From positions 128,001 through 192,000 of the IMG/VR virus record IMGVR_UViG_3300010965_000001: a stretch of DNA of 64,000 bases; one strand, 5' to 3'. Of this stretch, positions 11,003 to 22,500 are shown piece after piece. A model generated the notes under the pieces. It saw nothing but the letters and a program-made list of their open reading frames with translations, was not told the origin of the DNA and ran no database searches. Positions within the stretch are counted from its first letter, which is position 1, and each line of letters starts with the position of its first letter. The translations under genes were made by a program, and so were the position numbers. This stretch comes from a virus. Its lineage: Duplodnaviria; Caudoviricetes.

Positions 11003-11626
11003 ATGAATACTACAAAACAAAAAATATATTGTTCAAATTGCAAAATAGAGATAACTGGAAGAGGAAAACACGGTAAATGTAAAAAATGTGTATTTCTCGG
11101 TGAAAATAATCCAAATTATGGAAATCCATCTGAACGAAAAAGTCCATATAAAGGTACAGTTGGAATTTTACACGCCAACACAATTTTTCCATCAAAATCT
11201 GGAAAAAATAATCCAATGTATGGTGTAACGAGAACTGGAAAATTGTCTGGATTTTTTGGAAAACGACATACAGAAGAAACTAAAAAGAAAAAACGAATTG
11301 CAATGATTGAATATATTAAAAAGAAAAAAGGTGGAATATCACCAAATTACAATATAAATTCAATTAAAATAATAGAACAATATGGTAAAGAACATGGATA
11401 TAATTTTCAGCATGCGGAAAATGGTGGAGAATTTTATATTAAAGAACTTGGATATTGGGTAGATGGATATGATAAAGAAAAGAATGTCATAATTGAATAT
11501 TATGAACCTTACCATAAATCAAAAAAAGAAAGAGATGAAATTCGTAAAAACGAAATAACATCTCTTCTTAATTGTACATTCATTGAATTAAAATCTTGGG
11601 AATTATTACAAGAAAGTGATACTTGA
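11003..11626 (+). CDS. NUMOD3-motif homing endonuclease-like protein with C-terminal PD-(D/E)xK-type domain
   Basis: GENNPNYG / GKNNPMYG / FFGKRHTEETKKK NUMOD3 motifs; YWVDGYD..IIEYYEPYH nuclease core; opposite strand to neighbours. Confidence 0.75.
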   Translation: MNTTKQKIYCSNCKIEITGRGKHGKCKKCVFLGENNPNYGNPSERKSPYKGTVGILHANTIFPSKSGKNNPMYGVTRTGKLSGFFGKRHTEETKKKKRIAMIEYIKKKKGGISPNYNINSIKIIEQYGKEHGYNFQHAENGGEFYIKELGYWVDGYDKEKNVIIEYYEPYHKSKKERDEIRKNEITSLLNCTFIELKSWELLQESDT

Positions 11627-14600
11627 AAACTCCTCTGAATTTTTAACAATTTCAAGATTAGAATCTACGGAATCTTTTATAGAATCCAAATGTGACACAA
11701 TGAGAACAAAGTCAAATTTCTGCCTCAAATAATCAAACAAGTAACCGAGACTATTCATATTGTCAGAGTCCATCACCCCAAATCCTTCGTCAATTGCCAA
11801 GAATGTGGGTCGTGACAGGTTTGAAATATTGAGTAATGCGCTTCTAATTGCCAAAGACGCAATAAACTTTTCCATTCCACTAACTAACTCAATCGGCCAG
11901 AAACGCGAATCATCATATGCGATTACGGCATTGATGTTCTTACCGTCAAGATTGAAGATGATATTGAAGTCTACCAATGATGATAGAATGTCATTGACTT
12001 CTTCTTGTAAGGTAGGAATGGTATTTGCAATAAGTTCATAGGGAACACCGTCTCTACTGATTGCTTGGGCATACAATTCATATGCTCTAAACTTTTCTTC
12101 AATATCACGTGCGTTCTTCATTAACTCATGGATTTTATTCATTTCATTCTTTGATACTTCTGCCTTTGAGATTGCTTCTCTAAGGTCGCGTTCAGTATCC
12201 TTCTTGTTACTTAGAACAACGTCCAACTGTTTACGAATTTCGGTAATCTTTTTGTCAATTAATCGATTCATTTCGATAATTTGTTTGTTCTGTTCGTATG
12301 CATTCATCTGAGAATCGATAAAATTAACTTCCAATTTTAGAAATTCAATTTTCTGCTCCATCGCACTTTTTGCGGCTTCATTCTTAAAAACAAGTAACTT
12401 CTGTTCGTCCATCTCACGCGTTTTACGAAGTAAATCGGAATGTGCTTTCTCGCTCGATGCGATTGTATCTCTGACGTGTGCGATGTCAACCAATTCCTGT
12501 TCAAGTTCCGCAAACTGTTTCAGGTCTTCGACTATCTCTTTCTTTGTTTTGATAGCATTCTTGACGAAGATATTATCCATACAGAAACTACAATTTGGGT
12601 CATATTTGTGCTGTTCCAAATCTGCAAGAGTTTTTTTCTTCTGTTCAAGTTTTATCTTTTCTTTTTCATATGTTGCATATACTCTCACATATTTGGATAC
12701 ACATGTTTGGAATTCACTATACAATTCTTCTACACCGTTATCCTTCAATGACTTCACTTCACCATACAGTTCAACGGCACATGCTTTTTGTTGAACGATT
12801 TTTTGTTTTAATACTTCTAACTCAGGAAGTAATTTATGTAACTGTATTTCACACTGAGTATATTTAACTTGCAATTCGGCTATATCAATAGAGTCATCAA
12901 CTGATTGAATTCTATTTCCAGTTTCGGTAATAATCTGTTCGTTAAGTTTGCGGTCTAATGCGTCTAACTTATCCTTCTCAATTGTATATTTATCGATTCG
13001 TTCTGAGTGTTCTTCAACTTCAGTTTCAAGTGTAGACAGTTTTCTACTGAAATCTTGTTTACGATATTCCGTCAGTAATGTATTAATCTCTTTTGTCTTT
13101 TCGTTTGCCTCGTCGTAGAGAATATCGAAAATATCGATGTCAAGAAATTTTGCTAAGAAGTCCTTACGTTCTGTCTGTGACTTATTAATGAACGAATCAT
13201 TGTTACCTTGAAATGACATGGCAGTTGTAACGAAGTCTTCGTACGTTCCGACATATCCTCTAATTAATGAGTTCGTTTCATCTCTACTATCACCATTGAG
13301 AGAGATGATGTTATCATCGTCACCGATTGTCCAAAAGTCTACGTCAACTTTTACTGCACCATTCCGTTGTTTGTATCCCTTCCGTTCAATGTAGTAATCA
13401 ACATCATTAATTTCGAAATTAAACTTGCAATTGAACGTCAATTTACGACTGTTGAGCACACTTGCTCCCTTGAAGGCACGCGAGGATTTATCAAAGATAC
13501 AGAACATAAGTGCATCAATCAATGAGGATTTACCACTTGCATTAGGTGCGAACAATCCAATGATTCCACCAAGTTTTGCGAAGTCAACTACGTTATCTTC
13601 ACCATACGCAAACATATTACTGAACTCAAATCTCTTTGGTTTCCACACGATGTTACGTGAGGTTTCATTCGCCATTAAATTTTTATTTGTATCTCTGTTG
13701 ATTGAATATATCTTGTCCATAATCTCTGGTTCGATGTTACCATAACGTGTGTCAAGGTAACTTCTAATGAGATTATTTTGTGTTTCTACATTTCTAACAT
13801 CCAACGTATTCTGCCGATTAGTTGCTTGAACTCTTGTCGTTGCTCTGTCAACATTGCTGATTATTATTTCTTGAACGTCATACTGTTTACGTAAATCTGT
13901 TTGAATTCGTTGTAAATCAGTTGCCACTGTATCAGATACTTTCAATCGAATGCGTGGCTTCTTACTCATTAATGGTGGCACTGTATACTGTCCAGCCGTC
14001 AATTCGATTGTAAAATATCCGTAATCGTTGGGGATGCTTATAAATTGTGGTGTGCGTGTTGGTATATCCCATAACAAGTATCCTTTGGGTAGATGCTCAC
14101 CGTAATTATTCTGTACGATGGCACCTGCATACCAAATTTCTGGCTTGTGTAGTAACGCATTATATTCTTGAAGTCGTTGATGCCCGTGGATGTCTCCAAG
14201 AAGAACCATATCATATCCGTCAAATTCACTACAAGACATTTCACCATTCTTTGCCTTAAATCCACCAAAGTCTGCACCTGTAACTACACCATGATAGAGT
14301 GCGATGTTTGTCTTATCGTCCATCTTAACTAACGATGGATAATCTGCTTTTTCAGAAAATACGGACAAATGCGTAATTCGAATATTGTCTATTTCAAGTG
14401 TTTCTGTATTCTTTGAATAGATTATATTCTTATTTTTGATGTTAGCGATGATAGGTGAGAGCGTATCCAACCGTGAAGAATTGTTTAAGTTACAGTCGTG
14501 ATTGCCAGGAATGATAACTACTTTTGCAATTTTAGCAAGGTTTACGAAGAACTTTGATACAACATCAATAAGTTCAGGTGAAATCTCCGTCTTACTATGA

Positions 14601-14746
14601 ACGATGTCACCTGTAAGAATAATGAGAGAATCTTCTGCATTTTGTTTTATCTGTTTGTATATCGTATTAAATACTTGCGTGTACTCACTGTGGCGTTTTA
14701 ACAATCTAATGTGAATATCAGAAATGTGATGAATTTTATTTATCAT
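11606..14746 (-). CDS. Fused Mre11/SbcD (gp47) nuclease - Rad50/SbcC (gp46) SMC ATPase
   Basis: N-term SDIH, GD, GNHD, GDIH phosphoesterase motifs; Walker A NASGKS, zinc-hook CSFC, signature SGME, Walker B IDEGF. Confidence 0.9.
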   Translation of the reverse strand: MINKIHHISDIHIRLLKRHSEYTQVFNTIYKQIKQNAEDSLIILTGDIVHSKTEISPELIDVVSKFFVNLAKIAKVVIIPGNHDCNLNNSSRLDTLSPIIANIKNKNIIYSKNTETLEIDNIRITHLSVFSEKADYPSLVKMDDKTNIALYHGVVTGADFGGFKAKNGEMSCSEFDGYDMVLLGDIHGHQRLQEYNALLHKPEIWYAGAIVQNNYGEHLPKGYLLWDIPTRTPQFISIPNDYGYFTIELTAGQYTVPPLMSKKPRIRLKVSDTVATDLQRIQTDLRKQYDVQEIIISNVDRATTRVQATNRQNTLDVRNVETQNNLIRSYLDTRYGNIEPEIMDKIYSINRDTNKNLMANETSRNIVWKPKRFEFSNMFAYGEDNVVDFAKLGGIIGLFAPNASGKSSLIDALMFCIFDKSSRAFKGASVLNSRKLTFNCKFNFEINDVDYYIERKGYKQRNGAVKVDVDFWTIGDDDNIISLNGDSRDETNSLIRGYVGTYEDFVTTAMSFQGNNDSFINKSQTERKDFLAKFLDIDIFDILYDEANEKTKEINTLLTEYRKQDFSRKLSTLETEVEEHSERIDKYTIEKDKLDALDRKLNEQIITETGNRIQSVDDSIDIAELQVKYTQCEIQLHKLLPELEVLKQKIVQQKACAVELYGEVKSLKDNGVEELYSEFQTCVSKYVRVYATYEKEKIKLEQKKKTLADLEQHKYDPNCSFCMDNIFVKNAIKTKKEIVEDLKQFAELEQELVDIAHVRDTIASSEKAHSDLLRKTREMDEQKLLVFKNEAAKSAMEQKIEFLKLEVNFIDSQMNAYEQNKQIIEMNRLIDKKITEIRKQLDVVLSNKKDTERDLREAISKAEVSKNEMNKIHELMKNARDIEEKFRAYELYAQAISRDGVPYELIANTIPTLQEEVNDILSSLVDFNIIFNLDGKNINAVIAYDDSRFWPIELVSGMEKFIASLAIRSALLNISNLSRPTFLAIDEGFGVMDSDNMNSLGYLFDYLRQKFDFVLIVSHLDSIKDSVDSNLEIVKNSEEFSSITFL

Positions 14747-15666
14747 TCAAATAACCTTGTATAAATGAGAGATTTAAAATTGAATTTTGGTGTCTCCTTT
14801 AAGAGATTTACCATACCTCTGAATCCAATTTCGGATGGGTCTTTCTGTTCCAATCTGACAAGATAAACATTCGTGTCAGGATTTATGGACAACAGTTCTT
14901 CTGCGATTTTAACCGCATCAGTACGTGCATCATTGTCAAGACATACATAAATATCTTTGACTTTCTTGATTTCCAATCGATTTTTCAATTGTGGTTGAAC
15001 AAATTTTCCGAGTAACGGTATGGCGTTTCGTTTAATTGCCATTGCATCAAACACACCTTCACATAGTACGATTGGCTGGTCATAACTGATTAAATTCTCA
15101 AATGCTACTATGTCTTTTGATACCTTCGGATTCTTATATTTAAGATTTGAATCGAAGAATGAACGTCCTACGAAGTAGTTCAGTTCACCAAACATATCAT
15201 ATGAAGGGACGATGATTCGTTCACCATATTCACCATCTTCACAGAATCCGATATTATACTTCTTAATATCTTGTGGTGTGAGTCCTCGTTTGCTGAGATA
15301 GACTTTTGCATGTTTATACTCAACACTCTTCCATTCCTGTTGCATTGATTTGAATTCTTTTGGAAGTCGAAGAATGGTTTTTTGTACGTCTGACTTCTGC
15401 GACAGATGTGTGTTGGTGTATTCCTTTATCTTCTCTAACTGTATGTCAGATACATTTGACAGTTCTCTAAAGAGAAAGAAAAAGTTACGTCCACCACGTT
15501 TCGGAGTGCATGTCCAACAATGATAGTTGAACGTCTCTAAATTGATTTCAAGTTTACGTTTATAATGCTTGCAGTGCGGACAGAAGAACGCATAATTGTC
15601 AGGACCAGTTTGTCTGTATTTACCTAACACGTTTTCTGCGATAGTTAGAATCTCAAGTTTTCCCAT
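14743..15666 (-). CDS. DNA primase (Zn finger + TOPRIM, DnaG/gp61-like)
   Basis: CPHC..CWTC zinc finger; EGVFD and DNDA TOPRIM motifs. Confidence 0.9.
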   Translation of the reverse strand: MGKLEILTIAENVLGKYRQTGPDNYAFFCPHCKHYKRKLEINLETFNYHCWTCTPKRGGRNFFFLFRELSNVSDIQLEKIKEYTNTHLSQKSDVQKTILRLPKEFKSMQQEWKSVEYKHAKVYLSKRGLTPQDIKKYNIGFCEDGEYGERIIVPSYDMFGELNYFVGRSFFDSNLKYKNPKVSKDIVAFENLISYDQPIVLCEGVFDAMAIKRNAIPLLGKFVQPQLKNRLEIKKVKDIYVCLDNDARTDAVKIAEELLSINPDTNVYLVRLEQKDPSEIGFRGMVNLLKETPKFNFKSLIYTRLFE

Positions 15667-15690
15667 AGAACCTTATTTTTAGTGTAATTA

Positions 15691-15719
15691 AATATACGAA
15701 AAAATAAGGTTAAAATCAA
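15691..15719 (-). promoter_or_regulatory. sigma70-type promoter upstream of primase
   Basis: TTGATT-N17-TATATT. Confidence 0.6.
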
Positions 15720-16174
15720 GTTTTTTCTTTAGATAATGTCAAAACGGTCTGTTTTACCTGTTCTAACTGAATTAATAATTTCTGAGCAGACGTTGCGTTG
15801 ATTAAAACGTCTTCTTTAGGATAGATTAACTTAAATAGATTATCGAGGGTCAGAATGACTCTCTCTGGTTCGTTATTTGATTTAAATACGAGAACGGGTA
15901 TGAGAGTGCCCCCCTCAGTATACTCTTCAGACTGTCTAATTGCATCCTTCATCTGAGAACTGACCAATGCTTCCACGTTCTTGCACTCAATACAAAGAGG
16001 GATTATACTTTGTGCCGCTGGAGACAATACAACATCTGCCCCAGCTTGACCCATTGGTTGCGATTTTATATCCTTATCCGAAAGAATCCCATGAAAGGAT
16101 TCTCTAAATTTTAACGTAACCGTTTTCTGCAGCCTCGCACCTTTTGCTTTTCTTGCTCTGGTATTCATAACCAT
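15716..16174 (-). CDS. Holliday-junction resolvase-like PD-(D/E)xK nuclease
   Basis: KAKGARLQ...GADVVL...IECKNVE motif order. Confidence 0.7.
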   Translation of the reverse strand: MVMNTRARKAKGARLQKTVTLKFRESFHGILSDKDIKSQPMGQAGADVVLSPAAQSIIPLCIECKNVEALVSSQMKDAIRQSEEYTEGGTLIPVLVFKSNNEPERVILTLDNLFKLIYPKEDVLINATSAQKLLIQLEQVKQTVLTLSKEKT

Positions 16175-16179
16175 TCCTT

Positions 16180-17670
16180 TTACATATCGAAACGTATTTT
16201 AAAATATAAATTTACATCTTTAATTGATTTAATCGGTGCTCTTAGTTTTGCGGTTGCAAGTAAATTATCATCATCGTCATACAATCCAATTCCTGTAATG
16301 TATGGGACGAATACACCCGCGTTGAATGATGAAGTCATGTTATCTGCAAGAATTGACGTGTTGCCTTTACGTAGACTTGGATTCATTGTTAAATTGAATT
16401 CACCGATACCCGCCATAACAGATACTTCATTCTCCGTCAGCTCCGTCACGGAACGATATTGAAGGTTGAATACTCCACCTAACAAATGAGATGGTGTATT
16501 CATAGCAATAATTCCTTTTTCGTAGAATATACTTCCGACTATATTTGTATTGATTGACGATGAATGTAAATTTGTCACTGATATTGGAGTATCATATATT
16601 CTAAGTTCATCGATAGACCCAGATAAATATGTGGTGGTTGATGGTGTTCCTCCGATGAAGAATTTGGAAGCATTCCTTGTTTCATATCGTGACGTATAAT
16701 CAGATACAGAAGAATTTCCGACGCCATCAATATACATCGTTAGAAGTGTTCCATTCTTAACAAATGCGACATGATGATATGCACCATCATTTAAGGTTAC
16801 AGATGATTTAAGAAGAATTGTCTGTAACAAGGTTGAATCCAACGTACCTTGACGAGTTATTAATAATTTTCCTTCATCTACACTTGTTGAGTTATAAATA
16901 CGAACTTCAAATGGATACACATCTTTGGTGGTATCTCTTGTTGTTAAAATAATGTTTGTAGTTTCTGTAAGTATCGACTGTGTAGGTGGAACGTTTAACC
17001 AAAAACCAATCGTAAAATTGGATGTATTGAAATCGTTAAAATCTTTGTCAGGGATGCTCGCATAACTGTTTCCATGCAAATCATACTTATACCCACTTCC
17101 ACCAACACCAACAGAAAATTTTGGATTTACTGTGTCAAGAGTATTTAAGTGAACTGAGTTATCTCTCAATATATGCGTAGTCTTATATGGAAATTGTTTG
17201 GTAACATACCCATCATCAAATGAGAACCATGCTTTTAAGTTAGTAGTTGGAACAAGACTTGATGTTACTACAGTTGTGTCAATTAGGTTTCCAAATCCGT
17301 CATCTACAATCTGAGTTCCATCGTTAATTACTACACTACCCTGTAAAATTCGTTTGCCAAACTTACGAAGTGGTATAGAGATTAAACTAGCACTCTCTTG
17401 TAATATGTGATTATTTTGTGCATAATATTTTGACTTGTAACTGAAAAATCCTGGATTATTATACACCGAATAGAAGTTGTGTTTTAAGAAATTAAAGTTG
17501 TATGAATGAGAGTTTTCTGTATCTGGAATAGAATCTGATGCAGGTGCAATACTATTCTGTATTGTTATTCCGTCAGCGGCAATCGTAGAATCGGTATAAG
17601 TAAATAACTTATACAAATCATGCGTTGAGACAGTGTGATATTCGACTTTTTTCTTGATAAACATGGGCAT
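16180..17670 (-). CDS. Virion structural protein with LamG/ConA domain and tail-collar-like C-terminus
   Basis: LNDGAYHHVAFV..YIDG..GSIDELRIY LamG motifs; C-term ITGIGLYDD..LLATAKL. Confidence 0.75.
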   Translation of the reverse strand: MPMFIKKKVEYHTVSTHDLYKLFTYTDSTIAADGITIQNSIAPASDSIPDTENSHSYNFNFLKHNFYSVYNNPGFFSYKSKYYAQNNHILQESASLISIPLRKFGKRILQGSVVINDGTQIVDDGFGNLIDTTVVTSSLVPTTNLKAWFSFDDGYVTKQFPYKTTHILRDNSVHLNTLDTVNPKFSVGVGGSGYKYDLHGNSYASIPDKDFNDFNTSNFTIGFWLNVPPTQSILTETTNIILTTRDTTKDVYPFEVRIYNSTSVDEGKLLITRQGTLDSTLLQTILLKSSVTLNDGAYHHVAFVKNGTLLTMYIDGVGNSSVSDYTSRYETRNASKFFIGGTPSTTTYLSGSIDELRIYDTPISVTNLHSSSINTNIVGSIFYEKGIIAMNTPSHLLGGVFNLQYRSVTELTENEVSVMAGIGEFNLTMNPSLRKGNTSILADNMTSSFNAGVFVPYITGIGLYDDDDNLLATAKLRAPIKSIKDVNLYFKIRFDM

Positions 17671-17718
17671 CCTCTATTATTATGTAACTATAAATATCAA
17701 CGTAATAGATTTAATGGC

Positions 17719-17748
17719 AAAAAAATTCCCACCGAAAAGTGGGAATTT
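17719..17748 (-). terminator. Rho-independent terminator
   Basis: AATTCCCAC-TTTTCG-GTGGGAATT followed by a T run. Confidence 0.8.
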
Positions 17749-17758
17749 ATTGGTTTTA

Positions 17759-18772
17759 TTAGAAATCCAATCGTATCTTTACAAGTGCCTCAGTGCCTGG
17801 TTCCTTGAAGAGTGGTTTGCTTAACTTTGCGGTTGCAAGTAAGTTACCAGCGTCATCATACAAACCAATTCCTGTCACATACGTGAATGGAACTCCACGT
17901 TTTGTGATTGTGTCAATGATACGTCCAACTGAACCAGAAACATACGTTGGATTGTTGCTTAAGTTGTATTCTTTGCTCTTCATACGAATGAAGTAGTATT
18001 GTGAATTCAGCGTCTCTTCATTACGTGCCTTGAATGATGCACCAGTTTTAATTAAGTTGTGCATACGTTCGTTGTTGTTTGGAACTGGAGTTGTAATACT
18101 TGCACTTAAATATGATGAGTTTGCAAGAGACATACTAACATTGATTGCATCTGCATTTAAAATCATCAATCCCAATTCCTGATATAACAAACCGTACACT
18201 CCCCGACTACCACTTGGACCTGTTGCGATTGTTCCTTCAACGATATTGTAATACTTCTTGCCAGATGGTGAAACACCAGAAACCTGACCAGTTCCAAGAC
18301 TTTGAAGACTGTCGTCAGTTAATGTAACGGTACGTGTACCATTAGATAACTTAAGTTCCCAATTGCCTGGGTCAATATTTTCTTTGAAGCGTGAACGTTT
18401 GAGATTCAACACAACAATGCTGTCCGAATCTACACCACCAGCGAATGTAAAACGTGTATCACCTGGTTCCAAGAGTAAGTTTCTATATTGTGAATAGATT
18501 GCCTTTGTCGGTTTTGAGTCATTTGTGTTTGCTGACCCCGACCCAAGTGCATTTCCATACGATATAGAAAATTGTACTTCAGAAGTTGCATCTGTAGTTA
18601 CTGCATTGTATGCGCTGATTACATACTCACCATTTGTGGTAACTTGTGTTGATGATGTAAATATCGTCGTGATTTCACCGACTCCATTAGTAAATAATCC
18701 TGCCGCAATTTTTGCACTACGTTCTCCAGTATCATCCCCCGAAATGAGTGGTGTATAAATTTTATAAGCCAT
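17759..18772 (-). CDS. Virion structural protein, tail-collar-like C-terminus
   Basis: C-term VTGIGLYDDAGNLLATAKL shared with neighbour; structural cluster. Confidence 0.65.
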   Translation of the reverse strand: MAYKIYTPLISGDDTGERSAKIAAGLFTNGVGEITTIFTSSTQVTTNGEYVISAYNAVTTDATSEVQFSISYGNALGSGSANTNDSKPTKAIYSQYRNLLLEPGDTRFTFAGGVDSDSIVVLNLKRSRFKENIDPGNWELKLSNGTRTVTLTDDSLQSLGTGQVSGVSPSGKKYYNIVEGTIATGPSGSRGVYGLLYQELGLMILNADAINVSMSLANSSYLSASITTPVPNNNERMHNLIKTGASFKARNEETLNSQYYFIRMKSKEYNLSNNPTYVSGSVGRIIDTITKRGVPFTYVTGIGLYDDAGNLLATAKLSKPLFKEPGTEALVKIRLDF

Positions 18773-18800
18773 TTGTTTTCTCCATTATATAATATTAAAA

Positions 18801-19511
18801 TTATGATGCGATGTATACTGTTCCTGCTATCGTAAGTAAAAATCCGAAAGTTGCACCACTCTGATTTCCAACTACCGTGATAGGAAGAATCACACTTGCG
18901 TCAACGGTTGCAACATTACTTGTAATCTGCAATGCCGTTCCTTGACGAACAATACTTGAAAAATCACCAGATGGGTCATAAGGATTTCCTGTACTGAATT
19001 GCGACATGTCAGTAATCATACCCTTTGATTCGTTGATAATATCTGCCGATGATTTGTTAATAATAAATGTGTACGATGTGTCAAGTGTCTGTGTTACATT
19101 ACCCTTAATCTTTGTTGCTGGGTAGAATGTAACTGACGCTGGTTGGTCACTATTCTGTGCTAAAGTAATTGAACTGCCGTAAGGAACCGTTCCGTTAAGA
19201 CTATTAACTGTAAGATACGGAATGTTCACTGTAGTTGCCGTTGTAAGGGCTGTATCATCACTGATAAGTTTGAATCTCATTGCCTGTGTTTCATCGACAA
19301 GAGCCTCAAGAACAGGCATGTTTTCAATTACTTTACCATAGTAATCACTACCACTTGGATGAAGGGGATTCCACAATGAATAATCGATTTCATCATCTGA
19401 GAGTGCAAACCGCGTAATCTTGAATGCCACTCCATTTTTTGATAAAATTTCTCTACCTTTTTTGGTCAATACCGCGTCTACAGTAATTGATGAATTATCT
19501 AAATATGCCAT
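18801..19511 (-). CDS. Virion structural protein (tail-fibre attachment-like N-terminus)
   Basis: VDAVLTKKGREIL..FKITRFALSDDE resembles phage fibre N-terminal anchor motifs. Confidence 0.6.
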   Translation of the reverse strand: MAYLDNSSITVDAVLTKKGREILSKNGVAFKITRFALSDDEIDYSLWNPLHPSGSDYYGKVIENMPVLEALVDETQAMRFKLISDDTALTTATTVNIPYLTVNSLNGTVPYGSSITLAQNSDQPASVTFYPATKIKGNVTQTLDTSYTFIINKSSADIINESKGMITDMSQFSTGNPYDPSGDFSSIVRQGTALQITSNVATVDASVILPITVVGNQSGATFGFLLTIAGTVYIAS

Positions 19512-19580
19512 TTGAATCTCCTTGTTGTGATACTTGTTATTTTATATAAATATAAGAAAAAAATAAATTATACACGTTTT

Positions 19581-22500
19581 TTACAAATCTAAGTCAACAC
19601 CATCAACTTTAAGACGTGGTTTATCAATATCTTGCGTATTTACTGTTGCAATATTTGGTGAAATGAACGTTACTTCTATTACTTGGTCACCATTCAATGT
19701 AGTTGCACCATTTGGATTTTCTGGTCCTTGGGTGGTTGTTCCATTGTAATACGCCATTTGACCTGCGCTTCTATAAATATAATGTTTAATGTGATTAGGT
19801 TCGTAATGTATGCTTGCAGTCAAGATTTGTCCTGTACTTGACGTAATATACAACGGTTCCATTGCCGAATTTCGTTTGATGTACCATCCGATACTTCCCG
19901 TATATTCTCTTGTTTCTTTGAAATCACTAATTGGCAATATAATTGACATTGTACCATATTCATACAACGGTGCCGTAGTTGCAAAAGTCGTGTAAAATGA
20001 CACCGTATCCAAATTTGCATTACTTGAGGTAGCCTGTTGAACGATTCTTGGTTTGATTCCTTGTTCAAGGAATCTGTGTGATGCAATACCTTCACCTTTA
20101 AATTCGTTATCACCAAATATTATATTATCGGTAACATTGACAAATGTCGTATAGTCGGTAAAACTTCCGATTGGGTCGGAAGGCATAACGTCAATCAGTG
20201 AAGTAAATAATATATACTCTGATTTAAGTGTATCTGGTGCTACATTCACACTTGATGTAAAGTAAATGTATTCTGGATAGAGTGTTGGAACCATACCTAC
20301 AATAGATGAGGTATATGTCACATTCTCAATCTTTACAGACTTCACCATTACAATATTTGTTCTCTCTAAGATGTTTGGTTCAATAGAGATTCCAGCGTTT
20401 AGTATCGTTCGTTCAGAATTAAACTGATGTATATTTCTAAACAATGTTTTTGATAATTGATATGCATTATCTACATAATTTTGAAGTGGAACTGCTGGAT
20501 TGTATGTTCTGTAATACTTGTAAATATTCTCCAAGTCAGTGTATGCCCCAACCTCATCAATCATAAATTTAGGGTCTGCAATATAATCCGTCACGTCAGG
20601 ATTTAAGAACATTATGATTTGTTTGTTCTCTATATTGGTTGGTGAAAAGATGAAATCTGCTTTGTTTAAATCTTTTCCATACTTTGTAAGTGAACTTGGT
20701 TCGATGCTTTCATGCCGTGATAAGTACACCTTACCATCGGAATGTGTTACGTAGTTATTTGCAATTCTAATTTTGTTAGATGTTGGTCTACCACTAAATG
20801 CGGTTGTATTGAGTCTAACAATATTTTTCTCATATCGCTGTTCAAATGTGTTACCAACAAATCCACTCGCAGTTCCATGATTTTTACCAAACGATGATAC
20901 GTTAGCATCATAAATTGAACTTGTCAATGCTAAATTCTTATTTTCATCAAACCGAATATGCGTCACCAATGATTGTGCTGACGATGTAACATCATTTCCA
21001 ATTAAGTAGATTTGTGATAATGAATGTCGTTGGAAAATATCATCACGTAAAACTTCCGTAAATAATTTAAGGTCTGTTACATTACCAACCAATGAGCCAG
21101 AACCAACATTTAATATAGATGAGGATATATATGCACCGTTAATTAACGATGAACTCGTTATCAATGATGCACTTACATAAAAGTTAATAGTATCTGAGTT
21201 GATAGTATTGGTCTTCAATGTATACGTCTGCGATGCAGTTGGATTGCTTGTTGATATGGAACGTTGGAACATTACATTCCAAAATGCACCGTTGAATACA
21301 GGAATCTCTTCTGTAGATACAGTATTTCCGTTGATGGTAAACTGTAGCATTCCAGTAGTAGACTTCCAACCAGTCTTTACCGCCTTAATTGCAAACCCAT
21401 CCGTAGTAAGTAGTGATTGTGTTACAGGAAGACCGTTATTTAATTTAAACTTAAATACAATTGAATCTGGTGTCTTTGAATTATAGGTCTTCCATAACAA
21501 GTTTACATTCTGACTTCCATCGAAACGAAGTGAGTATACCAAATTTGTGTAATCTACTGCTGTCTCAGGAACTACAGTCACGTCCATCTGTCGTGCTGTT
21601 ACGTCTGGTCCACCATATTCACGAATTTCATAATAATCTCTGTCGATGCCGAGCATATTTGCAAATGCGTGAAGTAATTGATAACTTCCCTTTGATTTTA
21701 AGAAGAATACAATGTTACTGAAAAATCGTTTTAATAATACGTTCTTCTTAACGGCGGTTGGAAGGGTACGAATAGACGTATCATCACCTGCATTGTTAAG
21801 AAGGAATGTACCCAAATCATCCGTATCAATATCTGTGATAAGTTCACTACCAAACTGTTCTATAAATTTTGTAATAAGACCATTGGATATTCCTGTATTT
21901 TCTTTTAATCCATGAATATCCTTGCTCGTAATATGTTGAATATACAAATGAAGTTCATCAAAATATTCTGCAACCATATTAATAAACACCATGTAGTCCG
22001 TATTTTGTTCATCCTCTTGAATGAATGTAGGGACAGTGTTTGTTAACAGTGATATGTTTTGACGGTCGTATAGACTTGCAGATGCATACTGTCCATCATA
22101 CCAATCCTGTGCAGTTGAAGATGACACAGAATACAATATATATGGTTTTGCAGAAGTTAACTTTGGCCACGAAGAATTGAACGTTTCACCTAAACTACTT
22201 GACACATATGATGAACTTTCATAATACAAATATTTTTCATATGGAGTGAATGTAGAAATAACATCACTTATCAATTGATTTGTCTTCGTCAATGATTGTG
22301 ATACTGCGACTGTTGGGTTACCACTAATTATTAACAAACCAATTGAACTTGAATATTGTGCGGCATCCGCTGAATAATTTTGAATGTTTGTTAATTTATT
22401 CTTAAAGTTTTCAAGACGTTTTACCGCCGATGAATAATATACAAAATTGTTATAATCGAAGTATTCAACATTAAGAGAATCAATACTTGATGAAAAGTTA

